From positions 402,752,001 through 402,816,000 of the forward strand of contig OZ024741.1 in the NCBI GenBank assembly GCA_964016885.1: a stretch of 64,000 bases of DNA. Reading direction: 5' to 3'. The position numbers were made by a program, and so were the translations under genes. Under the pieces are notes generated by a model, which was not told the DNA's origin, did not search any database, and saw nothing but the letters and a program-made list of their open reading frames with translations. The stretch is from Eledone cirrhosa. Taxonomy: Eukaryota. Numbering within the stretch: the stretch's first letter is position 1; every line of letters begins with the position of its first letter. Shown here one piece after another: positions 32,499 through 47,400 of the stretch.

Positions 32499-35400
32499 AT
32501 TTAATACAAAGATGTGGGGAGTTAAAAATACTCCCTCTAAAACTGTGGTGTCACATTTAATACAGAGATGTGGGGAGTTAAAAACAATCCCTCTAAAACT
32601 GTGGTGTCACATTTAATACAGAGATGTGGGGAGTTAAAAGCAATCCCGCTAAAACTGTGGTGTCACATTTAATACAGAGATGTGGGGAGTTAAAAACAAT
32701 CCCTCTAAAACTGTGGTGTCACATTTAATACAGAGATGTGGGGAGTTAAAAAACAATCCCTCTAAAACTGTGGTGTCACATTTAATACAGAGCTGTTGGG
32801 AGTTAAAAACAATCCCTCTAAAACTGTGGTGTCACATTTAATACAGAGATGCTGGGAGTTAAAAACAATCCCTCTAAAACTGTGGTGTCACATTTAATAC
32901 AGAGCTGTTGGGAGTTAAAAACAATCCCTCTAAAACTGTGGTGTCACATTTAATACAGAGATGCTGGGAGTTAAAAACAATCCCTCTAAAACTGTGGTGT
33001 CACATTTAATACAGAGATGTTGGGAGTTAAAAACAATCCCTCTAAAACTGTGGTGTCACATTTAATACAGAGATGTGGGGAGTTAAAAACAATCCCTCTA
33101 AAACTGTGGTGTCACATTTAATACAGAGATGTGGGGAGTTAAAAACAATCCCTCTAAAACTGTGGTGTCACATTTAATACAGAGATGTGGGGAGTTAAAA
33201 ACAATCCCTCTAAAACTGTGGTGTCACATTTAATACAGAGATGTTGGGAGTTAAAAACAATCCCTCTAAAACTGTTGTGTCACATTTAATACAGAGATGT
33301 GGGGAGTTAAAAACAATCCCTCTAAAACTGTGGTGTCACATTTAATACAGAGATGTGGGGAGTTAAAAACAATCCGTCTAAAACTGTGGTGTCACATTTA
33401 ATACAGAGATGCTGGGAGTTAAAAACAATCCCTCTAAAACTGTGGTGTCACATTTAATACAGAGATGTTGGGAGTTAAAAACAATCCCTCCAAAACTGTG
33501 GTGTCACATTTAATACAGAGATGTGGGGAGTTAAAAAACAATCCCTCTAAAACTGTGGTGTCACATTTAATACAGAGATGTTGGGAGTTAAAAACAATCC
33601 CTCTAAAACTGTGGTGTCACATTTAATACAGAGATGCTGGGAGTTAAAAACAATCCCTCTAAAACTCTGGTGTCACATTTAATACAGAGATGTTGGGAGT
33701 TAAAAACAATCCTTCCAAAACTGTGGTGTCACATTTAATACAGAGATGTGGGGAGTTAAAAAACAATCCCTCTAAAACTGTGGTGTCACATTTAATACAG
33801 AGATGTTGGGAGTTAAAAACAATCCCTCCAAAACTGTGGTGTCACATTTAATACAGAGATGTGGGGAGTTAAAAAACAATCCCTCTAAAACTGTGGTGTC
33901 ACATTCAATACAGAGATGCTGGGAGTTAAAAACAATCCGTCTAAAATTGTGGTGTCACATTTAATACAGAGATACTGGGAGTTAAAAACAATCCCTCTAA
34001 AACTGTGGTGTCACATTTAATACAGAGATGTTGGGAGTTAAAAACAATCCCTCTAAAACTGTGGTGTCACATTTAATACAGAGATGTTGGGAGTTAAAAA
34101 CAATCCCTCCAAAACTGTGGTGTCACATTTAATACAGAGATGTGGCGAGTTAAAAAACAATCCCTCTAAAACTGTGGTGTCACATTTAATACAGAGATAT
34201 TGGGAGTTAAAAACAATCCCTCCAAAACTGTGGTGTCACATTTAATACAGAGATGTGGGGAGTTAAAAAAACAATCCCTCTAAAACTGTGGTGTCACATT
34301 TAATACAGAGATGTGGGGAGTTAAAAACAATCCCTCTAAAACTGTGGTGTCACATTTAATACAGAGATGTGGGGAGTTAAAAAGCAATCCCTCTAAAACT
34401 GTGGTGTCACATTTAATACAGAGATGTTGGGAGTTAAAAACAATCCCTCTAAAACTGTGGTGTCACATTTAATACAGAGATGCTGGGAGTTAAAAACAAT
34501 CCCTCTAAAACTGTGATGTCACATTTAATACAGAGATGCTGGGAGTTAAAAACAATCCGTCTAAAATTGTGGTATCACATTTAATACAGAGATGCTGGGA
34601 GTTAAAAACAATCCCTCTAAAACTGTGGTGTCACATTTAATACAGAGATGTTGGGAGTTAAAATCAATCCCTCTAAAACTGTGGTGTCACATTTAATGCA
34701 GAGATGTTGGGAGTTAAAAAACAATCCCTCCAAAACTGTGGTGTCACATTTAATACAGAGATGTTGGGAGTTAAAAACAATCCCTCTAAAACTGTGCTGT
34801 CACATTTAATACAGAGATGTGGGGAGTTAAAAACAATCCCGCTAAAACTGTGGTGTCACATTTAATACAGAGATGTGGGGAGTTAAAAAACAATCCCTCT
34901 AAATCTGTGGTGTCACATTTAATACAGAGATGTTGGGAGTTAAAAACAATCCCTCCAAAACTGTGGTGTCACATTTAATACAGAGATATTGGGAGTTAAA
35001 AACAATCCCTCTAAAACTGTGGTGTCACATTTAATACAGAGATGTGGGGAGTTAAAAACAATCCCTCTAAAACTGTGGTGTCACATTTAGTACAGAGATG
35101 TGGGGAGTTAAAAACAATCCGTCTAAAACTGTGGTGTCACATTTAATACAGAGATGTGGGGAGTTAAAAACAATCCCTCTAAAACTGTGGTGTCACATTT
35201 AATACAGAGATGTGGGGAGTTAAAAACAATCCCTCTAAAACTGTGGTGTCACATTATTTACAGAGATGTGGGGAGTTAAAAACAATCCCTCTAAAACTGT
35301 GGTGTCACATTTAATACAGAGATGTGGGGAGTTAAAAACAATCCGTCTAAAACTGTGGTGTCACATTTAATACAGAGATGTGGGGAGTTAAAAACAATCC

Positions 35401-38400
35401 CGCTAAAAGTGTGGTGTCACATTTAATACAGAGATGTGGGGAGTTAAAAACAATCCCTCTAAAACTGTGGTGTCACATTTAATACAGAGATGTGGGGAGT
35501 TAAAAACAATCCGTCTAAAACTGTGGTGTCACATTTAATACAGAGATGTGGGGAGTTAAAAACAATCCCTCTAAAACTGTGGTGTCACATTTAATACAGA
35601 GATGTGGGGAGTTAAAAACAATCCCTCTAAAACTATGGTGTCACATTTAATACAGAGATGTGGGGAGTTAAAAACAATCCCTCTAAAACTGTGGTGTCAC
35701 ATTTAATACAGAGATGTGGGGAGTTAAAAACAATCCCTCTAAAACTGTGGTGTCACATTTAATACAGAGATGTTGGGAGTTAAAAACAATCCCTCTAAAA
35801 CTGTGGTGTCACATTTAATACAGTGATGTTGGGAGTTAAAAACAATCCCTCCAAAACTGTGGTGTCACATTTAATACAGAGATGTGGGGAGTTAAAAAAC
35901 AATCCCTCTAAAACTGTGGTGTCACATTTAATACAGAGCTGTTGGGAGTTAAAAACAATCCCTCTAAAACTGTGGTGTCACATTTAATACAGAGATGCTG
36001 GGAGTTAAAAACAATCCCTCTAAAACTGTGGTGTCACATTTAATACAGAGATGTTGGGAGTTAAAAACAATCCCTCTAAAACTGTGGTGTCACATTTAAT
36101 ACAGAGATGTGGGGAGTTAAAAACAATCCCTCTAAAACTGTGGTGTCACATTTAGTACAGAGATGTGGGGAGTTAAAAACAATCCGTCTAAAACTGTGGT
36201 GTCACATTTAATACAGAGATGTGGGGAGTTAAAAACAATCCCTCTAAAACTGTGGTGTCACATTATTTACAGAGATGTGGGGAGTTAAAAACAATCCCTC
36301 GAAAACTGTGGTGTCACATTTAATACAGAGATGTGGGGAGTTAAAAACAATCCCGCTAAAACTGTGGTGTCACATTTAATACAGAGATGTGGGGAGTTAA
36401 AAACAATCCCTCTAAAACTGTGGTGTCACATTTAATACAGAGATGTGGGGAGTTAAAAACAATCCGTCTAAAACTGTGGTGTCACATTTAATACAGAGAT
36501 GTGGGGAGTTAAAAACAATCCCTCTAAAACTGTGGTGTCACATTTAATACAGAGATGTGGGGAGTTAAAAACAATCCCTCTAAAACTGTGGTGTCACATT
36601 TAATACAGAGATGTGGGGAGTTAAAAACAATCCCTCTAAAACTGTGGTGTCACATTATTTACAGAGATGTGGGGAGTTAAAAACAATCCCTCTAAAACTG
36701 TGGTGTCACATTTAATACAGAGATGTGGGGAGTTAAAAACAATCCCGCTAAAAGTGTGGTGTCACATTTAATACAGAGATGTGGGGAGTTAAAAACAATC
36801 CCTCTAAAACTGTGGTGTCACATTTAATACAGAGATGTGGGGAGTTAAAAACAATCCGTCTAAAACTGTGGTGTCACATTTAATACAGAGATGTGGGGAG
36901 TTAAAAACAATCCCTCTAAAACTGTGGTGTCACATTTAATACAGAGATGTGGGGAGTTAAAAACAATCCCTCTAAAACTATGGTGTCACATTTAATACAG
37001 AGATGTGGGGAGTTAAAAACAATCCCTCTAAAACTGTGGTGTCACATTTAATACAGAGATGTGGGGAGTTAAAAACAATCCCTCTAAAACTGTGGTGTCA
37101 CATTTAATACAGAGATGTTGGGAGTTAAAAAACAATCACCTCCAAAACTGTGGTGTCACATTTAATACAGAGATGTTGGGAGTTAAAAACAATCCCTCTA
37201 AAACTGTGGTGTCACATTTAATACAGAGATGTTGGGAGTTAAAAACAATCCCTCCAAAACTGTGGTGTCACATTTAATACAGAGATGTGGGGAGTTAAAA
37301 AACAATCCCTCTAAAACTGTGGTGTCACATTTAATACAGAGATGTTGGGAGTTAAAAACAATCCCTCTAAAACTGTGGTGTCACATTTAATACAGAGATG
37401 CTGGGAGTTAAAAACAATCCCTCTAAAACTGTGGTGTCACATTTAATACAGAGATGTTGGGAGTTAAAAACAATCCTTCCAAAACTGTGGTGTCACATTT
37501 AATACAGAGATGTGGGGAGTTAAAAAACAATCCCTCTAAAACTGTGGTGTCACATTTAATACAGAGATGCTGGGAGTTAAAAACAATCCCTCTAAAACTG
37601 TGGTGTCACATTTAATACAGAGCTGTTGGGAGTTAAAAACAATCCCTCTAAAACTGTGGTGTCACATTTAATACAGAGATGCTGGGAGTTAAAAACAATC
37701 CCTCTAAAACTGTGGTGTCACATTTAATACAGAGATGTTGGGAGTTAAAAACAATCCCTCTAAAACTGTGGTGTCACATTTAATACAGAGATGTGGGGAG
37801 TTAAAAACAATCCCTCTAAAACTGTGGTGTCACATTTAATACAGAGATGTGGGGAGTTAAAAACAATCCCTCTAAAACTGTGGTGTCACATTTAATACAG
37901 AGATGTGGGGAGTTAAAAACAATCCGTCTAAAACTGTGGTGTCACATTTAATACAGAGATGTGGGGAGTTAAAAACAATCCCTCTAAAACTGTGGTGTCA
38001 CATTTAATACAGAGATGTGGGGAGTTAAAAACAATCCCTCTAAAACTGTGGTGTCACATTATTTACAGAGATGTGGGGAGTTAAAAACAATCCCTCGAAA
38101 ACTGTGGTGTCACATTTAATACAGAGATGTGGGGAGTTAAAAACAATCCCGCTAAAACTGTGGTGTCACATTTAATACAGAGATGTGGGGAGTTAAAAAC
38201 AATCCCTCTAAAACTGTGGTGTCACATTTAATACAGAGATGTGGGGAGTTAAAAACAATCCGTCTAAAACTGTGGTGTCACATTTAATACAGAGATGTGG
38301 GGAGTTAAAAACAATCCCGCTAAAAGTGTGGTGTCACATTTAATACAGAGATGTGGGGAGTTAAAAACAATCCCTCCAAAACTGTGGTGTCACATTTAAT

Positions 38401-41400
38401 ACAGAGATGTGGGGAGTTAAAAAACAATCCCTCTAAAACTGTGGTGTCACATTTAATACAGAGATGTTGGGAGTTAAAAACAATCCCTCTAAAACTGTGG
38501 TGTCACATTTAATACAGAGATGCTGGGAGTTAAAAACAATCCCTCTAAAACTCTGGTGTCACATTTAATACAGAGATGTTGGGAGTTAAAAACAATCCTT
38601 CCAAAACTGTGGTGTCACATTTAATACAGAGATGTGGGGAGTTAAAAAACAATCCCTCTAAAACTGTGGTGTCACATTTAATACAGAGATGTTGGGAGTT
38701 AAAAACAATCCCTCCAAAACTGTGGTGTCACATTTAATACAGAGATGTGGGGAGTTAAAAAACAATCCCTCTAAAACTGTGGTGTCACATTCAATACAGA
38801 GATGCTGGGAGTTAAAAACAATCCGTCTAAAATTGTGGTGTCACATTTAATACAGAGATACTGGGAGTTAAAAACAATCCCTCTAAAACTGTGGTGTCAC
38901 ATTTAATACAGAGATGTTGGGAGTTAAAAACAATCCCTCTAAAACTGTGGTGTCACATTTAATACAGAGATGTTGGGAGTTAAAAACAATCCCTCCAAAA
39001 CTGTGGTGTCACATTTAATACAGAGATGTGGCGAGTTAAAAAACAATCCCTCTAAAACTGTGGTGTCACATTTAATACAGAGATGTTGGGAGTTAAAAAC
39101 AATCCCTCTAAAACTGTGGTGTCACATTTAATACAGAGATGTTGGGAGTTAAAAACAATCCCTCCAAAACTGTGGTGTCACATTTAATACAGAGATGTGG
39201 GGAGTTAAAAAACAATCCCTCTAAAACTGTGGTGTCACATTTAATACAGAGATGTTGGGAGTTAAAAACAATCCCTCTAAAACTGTGGTGTCACATTTAA
39301 TACAGAGATGCTGGGAGTTAAAAACAATCCCTCTAAAACTCTGGTGTCACATTTAATACAGAGATGTTGGGAGTTAAAAACAATCCCTCTAAAACTGTGG
39401 TGTCACATTTAATACAGAGATGTGGGGAGTTAAAAACAATCCCTCTAAAACTGTGGTGTCACATTTAATACAGAGATGTGGGGAGTTAAAAACAATCCGT
39501 CTAAAACTGTGGTGTCACATTTAATACAGAGATGCTGGGAGTTAAAAACAATCCCTCTAAAACTGTGGTGTCACATTTAATACAGAGATGTTGGGAGTTA
39601 AAAACAATCCCTCCAAAACTGTGGTGTCACATTTAATACAGAGATGTGGGGAGTTAAAAAACAATCCCTCTAAAACTGTGGTGTCACATTTAATACAGAG
39701 ATGTTGGGAGTTAAAAACAATCCCTCTAAAACTGTGGTGTCACATTTAATACAGAGATGCTGGGAGTTAAAAACAATCCCTCTAAAACTCTGGTGTCACA
39801 TTTAATACAGAGATGTTGGGAGTTAAAAACAATCCTTCCAAAACTGTGGTGTCACATTTAATACAGAGATGTGGGGAGTTAAAAAACAATCCCTCTAAAA
39901 CTGTGGTGTCACATTTAATACAGAGATGTTGGGAGTTAAAAACAATCCCTCCAAAACTGTGGTGTCACATTTAATACAGAGATGTGGGGAGTTAAAAAAC
40001 AATCCCTCTAAAACTGTGGTGTCACATTCAATACAGAGATGCTGGGAGTTAAAAACAATCCGTCTAAAATTGTGGTGTCACATTTAATACAGAGATACTG
40101 GGAGTTAAAAACAATCCCTCTAAAACTGTGGTGTCACATTTAATACAGAGATGTTGGGAGTTAAAAACAATCCCTCTAAAACTGTGGTGTCACATTTAAT
40201 ACAGAGATGTTGGGAGTTAAAAACAATCCCTCCAAAACTGTGGTGTCACATTTAATACAGAGATGTGGCGAGTTAAAAAACAATCCCTCTAAAACTGTGG
40301 TGTCACATTTAATACAGAGATATTGGGAGTTAAAAACAATCCCTCCAAAACTGTGGTGTCACATTTAATACAGAGATGTGGGGAGTTAAAAAAACAATCC
40401 CTCTAAAACTGTGGTGTCACATTTAATACAGAGATGTGGGGAGTTAAAAACAATCCCTCTAAAACTGTGGTGTCACATTTAATACAGAGATGTGGGGAGT
40501 TAAAAAGCAATCCCTCTAAAACTGTGGTGTCACATTTAATACAGAGATGTTGGGAGTTAAAAACAATCCCTCTAAAACTGTGGTGTCACATTTAATACAG
40601 AGATGCTGGGAGTTAAAAACAATCCCTCTAAAACTGTGATGTCACATTTAATACAGAGATGCTGGGAGTTAAAAACAATCCGTCTAAAATTGTGGTATCA
40701 CATTTAATACAGAGATGCTGGGAGTTAAAAACAATCCCTCTAAAACTGTGGTGTCACATTTAATACAGAGATGTTGGGAGTTAAAATCAATCCCTCTAAA
40801 ACTGTGGTGTCACATTTAATGCAGAGATGTTGGGAGTTAAAAAACAATCCCTCCAAAACTGTGGTGTCACATTTAATACAGAGATGTTGGGAGTTAAAAA
40901 CAATCCCTCTAAAACTGTGCTGTCACATTTAATACAGAGATGTGGGGAGTTAAAAACAATCCCGCTAAAACTGTGGTGTCACATTTAATACAGAGATGTG
41001 GGGAGTTAAAAAACAATCCCTCTAAATCTGTGGTGTCACATTTAATACAGAGATGTTGGGAGTTAAAAACAATCCCTCCAAAACTGTGGTGTCACATTTA
41101 ATACAGAGATATTGGGAGTTAAAAACAATCCCTCTAAAACTGTGGTGTCACATTTAATACAGAGATGTGGGGAGTTAAAAACAATCCCTCTAAAACTGTG
41201 GTGTCACATTTAGTACAGAGATGTGGGGAGTTAAAAACAATCCGTCTAAAACTGTGGTGTCACATTTAATACAGAGATGTGGGGAGTTAAAAACAATCCC
41301 TCTAAAACTGTGGTGTCACATTTAATACAGAGATGTGGGGAGTTAAAAACAATCCCTCTAAAACTGTGGTGTCACATTATTTACAGAGATGTGGGGAGTT

Positions 41401-44400
41401 AAAAACAATCCCTCGAAAACTGTGGTGTCACATTTAATACAGAGATGTGGGGAGTTAAAAACAATCCCGCTAAAACTGTGGTGTCACATTTAATACAGAG
41501 ATGTGGGGAGTTAAAAACAATCCCTCTAAAACTGTGGTGTCACATTTAATACAGAGATGTGGGGAGTTAAAAACAATCCGTCTAAAACTGTGGTGTCACA
41601 TTTAATACAGAGATGTGGGGAGTTAAAAACAATCCCGCTAAAAGTGTGGTGTCACATTTAATACAGAGATGTGGGGAGTTAAAAACAATCCCTCTAAAAC
41701 TGTGGTGTCACATTTAATACAGAGATGTGGGGAGTTAAAAACAATCCGTCTAAAACTGTGGTGTCACATTTAATACAGAGATGTGGGGAGTTAAAAACAA
41801 TCCCTCTAAAACTGTGGTGTCACATTTAATACAGAGATGTGGGGAGTTAAAAACAATCCCTCTAAAACTATGGTGTCACATTTAATACAGAGATGTGGGG
41901 AGTTAAAAACAATCCCTCTAAAACTGTGGTGTCACATTTAATACAGAGATGTGGGGAGTTAAAAACAATCCCTCTAAAACTGTGGTGTCACATTTAATAC
42001 AGAGATGTTGGGAGTTAAAAACAATCCCTCTAAAACTGTGGTGTCACATTTAATACAGTGATGTTGGGAGTTAAAAACAATCCCTCCAAAACTGTGGTGT
42101 CACATTTAATACAGAGATGTGGGGAGTTAAAAAACAATCCCTCTAAAACTGTGGTGTCACATTTAATACAGAGCTGTTGGGAGTTAAAAACAATCCCTCT
42201 AAAACTGTGGTGTCACATTTAATACAGAGATGCTGGGAGTTAAAAACAATCCCTCTAAAACTGTGGTGTCACATTTAATACAGAGATGTTGGGAGTTAAA
42301 AACAATCCCTCTAAAACTGTGGTGTCACATTTAATACAGAGATGTGGGGAGTTAAAAACAATCCCTCTAAAACTGTGGTGTCACATTTAGTACAGAGATG
42401 TGGGGAGTTAAAAACAATCCGTCTAAAACTGTGGTGTCACATTTAATACAGAGATGTGGGGAGTTAAAAACAATCCCTCTAAAACTGTGGTGTCACATTA
42501 TTTACAGAGATGTGGGGAGTTAAAAACAATCCCTCGAAAACTGTGGTGTCACATTTAATACAGAGATGTGGGGAGTTAAAAACAATCCCGCTAAAACTGT
42601 GGTGTCACATTTAATACAGAGATGTGGGGAGTTAAAAACAATCCCTCTAAAACTGTGGTGTCACATTTAATACAGAGATGTGGGGAGTTAAAAACAATCC
42701 GTCTAAAACTGTGGTGTCACATTTAATACAGAGATGTGGGGAGTTAAAAACAATCCCTCTAAAACTGTGGTGTCACATTTAATACAGAGATGTGGGGAGT
42801 TAAAAACAATCCCTCTAAAACTATGGTGTCACATTTAATACAGAGATGTGGGGAGTTAAAAACAATCCCTCTAAAACTGTGGTGTCACATTTAATACAGA
42901 GATGTGGGGAGTTAAAAACAATCCCTCTAAAACTGTGGTGTCACATTTAATACAGAGATGTTGGGAGTTAAAAAACAATCACCTCCAAAACTGTGGTGTC
43001 ACATTTAATACAGAGATGTTGGGAGTTAAAAACAATCCCTCTAAAACTGTGGTGTCACATTTAATACAGAGATGTTGGGAGTTAAAAACAATCCCTCCAA
43101 AACTGTGGTGTCACATTTAATACAGAGATGTGGGGAGTTAAAAAACAATCCCTCTAAAACTGTGGTGTCACATTTAATACAGAGATGTTGGGAGTTAAAA
43201 ACAATCCCTCTAAAACTGTGGTGTCACATTTAATACAGAGATGCTGGGAGTTAAAAACAATCCCTCTAAAACTCTGGTGTCACATTTAATACAGAGATGT
43301 TGGGAGTTAAAAACAATCCTTCCAAAACTGTGGTGTCACATTTAATACAGAGATGTGGGGAGTTAAAAAACAATCCCTCTAAAACTGTGGTGTCACATTT
43401 AATACAGAGATGTTGGGAGTTAAAAACAATCCCTCCAAAACTGTGGTGTCACATTTAATACAGAGATGTGGGGAGTTAAAAAACAATCCCTCTAAAACTG
43501 TGGTGTCACATTCAATACAGAGATGCTGGGAGTTAAAAACAATCCGTCTAAAATTGTGGTGTCACATTTAATACAGAGATACTGGGAGTTAAAAACAATC
43601 CCTCTAAAACTGTGGTGTCACATTTAATACAGAGATGTTGGGAGTTAAAAACAATCCCTCTAAAACTGTGGTGTCACATTTAATGCAGAGATGTTGGGAG
43701 TTAAAAAACAATCACCTCCAAAACTGTGGTGTCACATTTAATACAGAGATGTTGGGAGTTAAAAACAATCCCTCTAAAACTGTGGTGTCACATTTAATAC
43801 AGAGATGTTGGGAGTTAAAAGCAATCCCTCTAAAACTTTGGTGTCACATTTAATACAGAGATGCTGGGAGTTAAAAACAATCCCTCTAAAACTGTGGTGT
43901 CACATTTAATACAGAGATGTTGGGAGTTAAAAACAATCCCTCCAAAACTGTGGTGTCACATTTAATACAGAGATGTGGCGAGTTAAAAAACAATCCCTCT
44001 AAAACTGTGGTGTCACATTTAATACAGAGATATTGGGAGTTAAAAACAATCCCTCCAAAACTGTGGTGTCACATTTAATACAGAGATGTGGGGAGTTAAA
44101 AAACAATCCCTCTAAAACTGTGGTGTCACATTTAATACAGAGATGTGGGGAGTTAAAAACAATCCCTCTAAAACTGTGGTGTCACATTTAATACAGAGAT
44201 GTGGGGAGTTAAAAAGCAATCCCTCTAAAACTGTGGTGTCACATTTAATACAGAGATGTTGGGAGTTAAAAACAATCCCTCTAAAACTGTGGTGTCACAT
44301 TTAATACAGAGATGCTGGGAGTTAAAAACAATCCCTCTAAAACTGTGATGTCACATTTAATACAGAGATGCTGGGAGTTAAAAACAATCCGTCTAAAATT

Positions 44401-47400
44401 GTGGTGTCACATTTAATACAGAGATGCTGGGAGTTAAAAACAATCCCTCTAAAACTGTGGTGTCACATTTAATACAGAGATGTTGGGAGTTAAAAACAAT
44501 CCCTCTAAAACTGTGGTGTCACATTTAATACAGAGATGTTGGGAGTTAAAAACAATCCCTCCAAAACTGTGGTGTCACATTTAATACAGAGATGTGGCGA
44601 GTTAAAAAACAATCCCTCTAAAACTGTGGTGTCACATTTAATACAGAGATATTGGGAGTTAAAAACAATCCCTCCAAAACTGTGGTGTCACATTTAATAC
44701 AGAGATGTGGGGAGTTAAAAAACAATCCCTCTAAAACTGTGGTGTCACATTTAATACAGAGATGTGGGGAGTTAAAAACAATCCCTCTAAAACTGTGGTG
44801 TCACATTTAATACAGAGATGTGGGGAGTTAAAAAGCAATCCCTCTAAAACTGTGGTGTCACATTTAATACAGAGATGTTGGGAGTTAAAAACAATCCCTC
44901 TAAAACTGTGGTGTCACATTTAATACAGAGATGCTGGGAGTTAAAAACAATCCCTCTAAAACTGTGATGTCACATTTAATACAGAGATGCTGGGAGTTAA
45001 AAACAATCCGTCTAAAATTGTGGTGTCACATTTAATACAGAGATGCTGGGAGTTAAAAACAATCCCTCTAAAACTGTGGTGTCACATTTAATACAGAGAT
45101 GTTGGGAGTTAAAATCAATCCCTCTAAAACTGTGGTGTCACATTTAATGCAGAGATGTTGGGAGTTAAAAAACAATCCCTCCAAAACTGTGGTGTCACAT
45201 TTAATACAGTGATGTTGGGAGTTAAAAACAATCCCTCTAAAACTGTGGTGTCACATTTAATACAGAGATGTGGGGAGTTAAAAACAATCCCGCTAAAACT
45301 GTGGTGTCACATTTAATACAGAGATGTGGGGAGTTAAAAAACAATCCCTCTAAATCTGTGGTGTCACATTTAATACAGAGATGTTGGGAGTTAAAAACAA
45401 TCCCTCCAAAACTGTGGTGTCACATTTAATACAGAGACATTGGGAGTTAAAAACAATCCCTCTAAAACTGTGGTGTCACATTTAATACAGAGATGTGGGG
45501 AGTTAAAAACAATCCCTCTAAAACTGTGGTGTCACATTTAGTACAGAGATGTGGGGAGTTAAAAACAATCCGTCTAAAACTGTGGTGTCACATTTAATAC
45601 AGAGATGTGGGGAGTTAAAAACAATCCCTCTAAAACTGTGGTGTCACATTTAATACAGAGATGTGGGGAGTTAAAAACAATCCCTCTAAAACTGTGGTGT
45701 CACATTATTTACAGAGATGTGGGGAGTTAAAAACAATCCCTCGAAAACTGTGGTGTCACATTTAATACAGAGATGTGGGGAGTTAAAAACAATCCCGCTA
45801 AAACTGTGGTGTCACATTTAATACAGAGATGTGGGGAGTTAAAAACAATCCCTCTAAAACTGTGGTGTCACATTTAATACAGAGATGTGGGGAGTTAAAA
45901 ACAATCCGTCTAAAACTGTGGTGTCACATTTAATACAGAGATGTGGGGAGTTAAAAACAATCCCTCTAAAACTGTGGTGTCACATTTAATACAGAGATGT
46001 GGGGAGTTAAAAACAATCCCTCTAAAACTGTGGTGTCACATTTAATACAGAGATGTGGGGAGTTAAAAACAATCCCTCTAAAACTGTGGTGTCACATTTA
46101 ATACAGAGATGTGGGGAGTTAAAAACAATCCCTCTAAAACTGTGGTGTCACATTATTTACAGAGATGTGGGGAGTTAAAAACAATCCCTCTAAAACTGTG
46201 GTGTCACATTTAATACAGAGATGTGGGGAGTTAAAAACAATCCCGCTAAAAGTGTGGTGTCACATTTAATACAGAGATGTGGGGAGTTAAAAACAACCCC
46301 TCTAAAACTGTGGTGTCACATTTAATACAGAGATGTGGGGAGTTAAAAACAATCCGTCTAAAACTGTGGTGTCACATTTAATACAGAGATGTGGGGAGTT
46401 AAAAACAATCCCTCTAAAACTGTGGTGTCACATTTAATACAGAGATGTGGGGAGTTAAAAACAATCCCTCTAAAACTATGGTGTCACATTTAATACAGAG
46501 ATGTGGGGAGTTAAAAACAATCCCTCTAAAACTGTGGTGTCACATTTAATACAGAGATGTGGGGAGTTAAAAACAATCCCTCTAAAACTGTGGTGTCACA
46601 TTTAATACAGAGATGTTGGGAGTTAAAAACAATCCCTCTAAAACTGTGGTGTCACATTTAATACAGTGATGTTGGGAGTTAAAAACAATCCCTCCAAAAC
46701 TGTGGTGTCACATTTAATACAGAGATGTGGGGAGTTAAAAAACAATCCCTCTAAAACTGTGGTGTCACATTTAATACAGAGCTGTTGGGAGTTAAAAACA
46801 ATCCCTCTAAAACTGTGGTGTCACATTTAATACAGAGATGCTGGGAGTTAAAAACAATCCCTCTAAAACTGTGGTGTCACATTTAATACAGAGATGTTGG
46901 GAGTTAAAAACAATCCCTCTAAATCTGTGGTGTCACATTTAATACAGAGATGTGGGGAGTTAAAAACAATCCCTCTAAAACTGTGGTGTCACATTTAGTA
47001 CAGAGATGTGGGGAGTTAAAAACAATCCGTCTAAAACTGTGGTGTCACATTTAATACAGAGATGTGGGGAGTTAAAAACAATCCCTCTAAAACTGTGGTG
47101 TCACATTTAATACAGAGATGTGGGGAGTTAAAAACAATCCCTCTAAAACTGTGGTGTCACATTATTTACAGAGATGTGGGGAGTTAAAAACAATCCCTCG
47201 AAAACTGTGGTGTCACATTTAATACAGAGATGTGGGGAGTTAAAAACAATCCCGCTAAAACTGTGGTGTCACATTTAATACAGAGATGTGGGGAGTTAAA
47301 AACAATCCCTCTAAAACTGTGGTGTCACATTTAATACAGAGATGTGGGGAGTTAAAAACAATCCGTCTAAAACTGTGGTGTCACATTTAATACAGAGATG

